From: Octopus vulgaris
Lineage: Eukaryota
NCBI GenBank assembly: GCA_951406725.2
Contig: OX597837.1
Location: 46,128,001-46,192,000, forward strand
Direction of reading: 5' to 3'
DNA length: 64,000 nt
The notes below the pieces were generated by a model. It saw only the letters and a program-made list of their open reading frames with translations, did no database searches and was not told where the DNA came from. Of this stretch, positions 63,250 to 64,000 are shown one piece after another; position 1 is the first letter of the stretch, and each line of letters opens with the position of its first letter. A program made the translations under genes and the position numbers.

Positions 63250-63777
63250 TGTTCTTGCTGCTGCTGTTGTTGTTGTTGCTGTTGTTGTTGTTGTTGCTGT
63301 TGTTGTTGTTGTCTTTATTATGAAATGAGCTTTTGAATTAAAGTTTCAAGTTATTATTTATTGCATTGCACACAGACAATTCTCATACATTCCATGTTAT
63401 AATTGCTCCCATGCATGCAGGTCAAATAGGCTTTCATTACATTTCGGCTATTCATTACCACCACCACCACCACCACTACCATTGCTATCAGCAGCAGCAG
63501 CAGCAGCAACAGCAACATTTATCATCATCATCATCATCATCATGACCATCAATATCAACAATGAGAGCACCAAAACCACTTCCACCTCTCTCACCACTGC
63601 TGCTACTACTGTCACTGCTGCTACCACCCTTCAACCCCACCACCACCACCACCACTATCATCATCATCAGCAAAACCATCATCATAATCACAACACCAGT
63701 GACCCATCCCCATTAACAACAAGAACAACAACATCCCAGTCCTTATTGTCATTATCACCATCTTCAAGACCATCACC

Positions 63778-63809
<32 letters not shown>

Positions 63810-63890
63810 CAAACCACTACCACCATTACCACCACCAAAAGCACCACTACCACCATCACAACCATCTTCAACATAATCACCACTATGAAC
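63250..63890. repeat. Mixed trinucleotide low-complexity tracts ((TGT/TGC)n, (CAC)n, (CAG)n, (CAT)n, (CAA)n)
   Basis: Direct inspection; explains poly-C/V/D/L ORFs. Confidence 0.85.
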
Positions 63891-64000
63891 CTCTTCTCTT
63901 TCCTTGTCCTACTGGGGTAGCCAAGTATTTCTTCTGTAGTAAGACGGCTGTATTTGTACTTCCAACACCTCACCTAGCACATGGCAGCTTCTCTTGGTTC

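Noticed and set aside
63109-63973. Poly-Cys, poly-Val and poly-Asp ORFs
   Set aside because: Trinucleotide repeats; only 63144-63192 is supported as an exon.

Overview
AT-rich, repeat-dense eukaryotic genomic DNA. The SINE families, RTE and R4-type LINE relics and extreme microsatellite load point to an octopus (coleoid cephalopod), which is an inference. Almost all ORFs in the supplied track are microsatellite or SINE artefacts. Reading splice sites by hand gives two plus-strand genes. The first is a complete 12-coding-exon gene (CDS 25048-44456, 519 aa) for the M17 aminopeptidase NPEPL1 with intact metal-binding and catalytic motifs. The second has four short coding exons (57752-63192, 115 aa so far, continuing off the right edge) and is essentially invisible in the ORF track; its motifs match the meiotic double-strand-break factor IHO1/CCDC36 (Mer2/Rec15/PRD3 family). 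Weaker signals suggest a divergent spliced transcript running off the left edge. Other structure includes a perfect spacerless 112-bp palindrome, further hairpin and foldback elements, a 25-bp minisatellite at an exon donor, a mariner nested in a SINE, and inverted SINE pairs able to form long dsRNA. Homology calls rest on remembered sequences and motifs; no searches were run.
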